From the IMG/VR virus record IMGVR_UViG_3300018481_000018, positions 3,759 through 67,758 of that record: 64,000 bases of DNA; one strand, 5' to 3'. Shown here one piece after another: positions 63,085 to 64,000 of this stretch (the stretch's first letter is position 1; each line of letters opens with the position of its first letter). The position numbers and the translations under genes were made by a program. Origin of the DNA: a virus (Duplodnaviria; Heunggongvirae; Uroviricota; Caudoviricetes). The notes beneath the pieces were generated by a model. That model had not been told where the DNA came from, did not search any database, and saw nothing but the letters and a program-made list of their open reading frames with translations.

Positions 63085-64000
63085 CAGTCACTACCTTTGC
63101 GTTCGTGTTCTTCTTCTCTCGGATCCTGGGCACCAGGCTCATCACCTGCTGGGAGTACATGCTGATCTCGCCAGCCGCGCGGTCGGCCCGAGCGCCGAGC
63201 ATGCCGTTGTACTCCTTGACCTTCTGCGCCATCTCGGCCGCACGCAGAGCGTACTGGTCGAAGGTCTTCTCCTCGATCGAGCGGTCGGGGTCCTGGAGGA
63301 TCTTGGCGACCTCACTCATGAGGCGCTCGACCTCCTCAACCGTCTCCTCCTCGAATGCCTCCAGGATCATGTCGCGCTGCTCGGTCAGGTTCAGCAGCGG
63401 CAGGGCGTGGAACTCCGATCCGACGCTGCGTACCCACTCGCCGAGCTTGGCGATCTCGTCGGCGTGCGTCTGGGAGACGAAGTACAGCCCGCCGGAACCC
63501 TTCACGCAGATGCCCGAGAGTCCGTAGATGTACTCCCGGACGAACGTGCGGACTGCGTGGCTGTCCATGTAGGCCAGCAGGTGGTTGAAGCGGTCCTCGA
63601 AGGTGATCAGCTTCTCGGTCAGCCACTGGTCCTCGTCGGTGGTCAGTGGCATGGAGATGTGGTTCGTCGTGCGCCGGGCCTCCACGCTGTGGCCCTTGTA
63701 CTCGCCCTGGATCTTGGAGCCTCGAGTGTGGAACAGCTCGGCCACCTTGTCGTAGGCCAGTCGGCGCTTCTTGCCCTCCTGGACGATGGTGCGCTCGAGG
63801 ACGAGGTGTCGGTAGGACTGCACCCCATCCTCACCCAGCGGCCGGACCAGGAGTTCGGACTTGATGCCCTTCGAGGTCTCCGGGAACCGGTGCCGGAACT
63901 CGACGCTGGCCTTGCGGAAGGCGTCGATCGGCCGCAGGTTCTTGCGCAGCGTGTCCGTGGACAGGCCGGCGGCGGCGAGATCCCGCTTTGCGTTCGCCAG
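63077..64000 (-). CDS. Conserved phage protein (RPIDAFRKA motif; DUF6744-like), 5' end outside the window
   Basis: Frame is open to the window edge (LANAKRDL...); GGLYFV motif. Confidence 0.6.
   Translation of the reverse strand: MANAKRDLAAAGLSTDTLRKNLRPIDAFRKASVEFRHRFPETSKGIKSELLVRPLGEDGVQSYRHLVLERTIVQEGKKRRLAYDKVAELFHTRGSKIQGEYKGHSVEARRTTNHISMPLTTDEDQWLTEKLITFEDRFNHLLAYMDSHAVRTFVREYIYGLSGICVKGSGGLYFVSQTHADEIAKLGEWVRSVGSEFHALPLLNLTEQRDMILEAFEEETVEEVERLMSEVAKILQDPDRSIEEKTFDQYALRAAEMAQKVKEYNGMLGARADRAAGEISMYSQQVMSLVPRIREKKNTNAKVVTGA

Overview
The whole window is part of one high-GC, long-tailed dsDNA phage genome (siphovirus-like; an actinobacterial host is inferred from GC content, SD/leaderless starts and protein families). 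No host genes, rRNA, canonical tRNA, CRISPR array or IS element were seen. Layout: (1) 1-22774 (+) main virion operon: decoration protein (truncated), major capsid, head-tail joining genes, major tail, tail assembly chaperones with a -1 frameshift, a 2787-aa tape measure protein, distal tail/hub genes and a tail glycoside hydrolase; (2) 22771-29130 (-) a seven-gene virion-type block in the opposite orientation, ending in an M15 peptidase fusion; (3) 29283-31012 (+) holin plus three membrane genes; (4) 31023-31075 a cluster of DnaA-box-like repeats; (5) 31315-37385 (+) recombination/replication genes (PD-(D/E)xK exonuclease, Sak4-like ATPase, SSB, primase-helicase) followed by small genes and an HNH nuclease; (6) 40876-50039 (+) a second, detached fibre/adhesin cluster (collagen, FN3, CBM-like) followed by a stand-alone GAF-TM gene; (7) 51118-64000 (-) early genes including a metallophosphoesterase, a XerC-like tyrosine recombinase, an orphan RuvB and many small Cys-rich proteins. 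Best leads: the apparently inverted tail/lysin block; a 12-bp-periodic RTCYGRAC motif upstream of dispersed late modules; the DnaA-box cluster; the membrane-anchored GAF protein; and two structured non-coding regions (6.9-7.3 kb and 50.6-50.9 kb, the second with an imperfect hammerhead-like core). All family assignments are from motif recognition by eye, not database searches.
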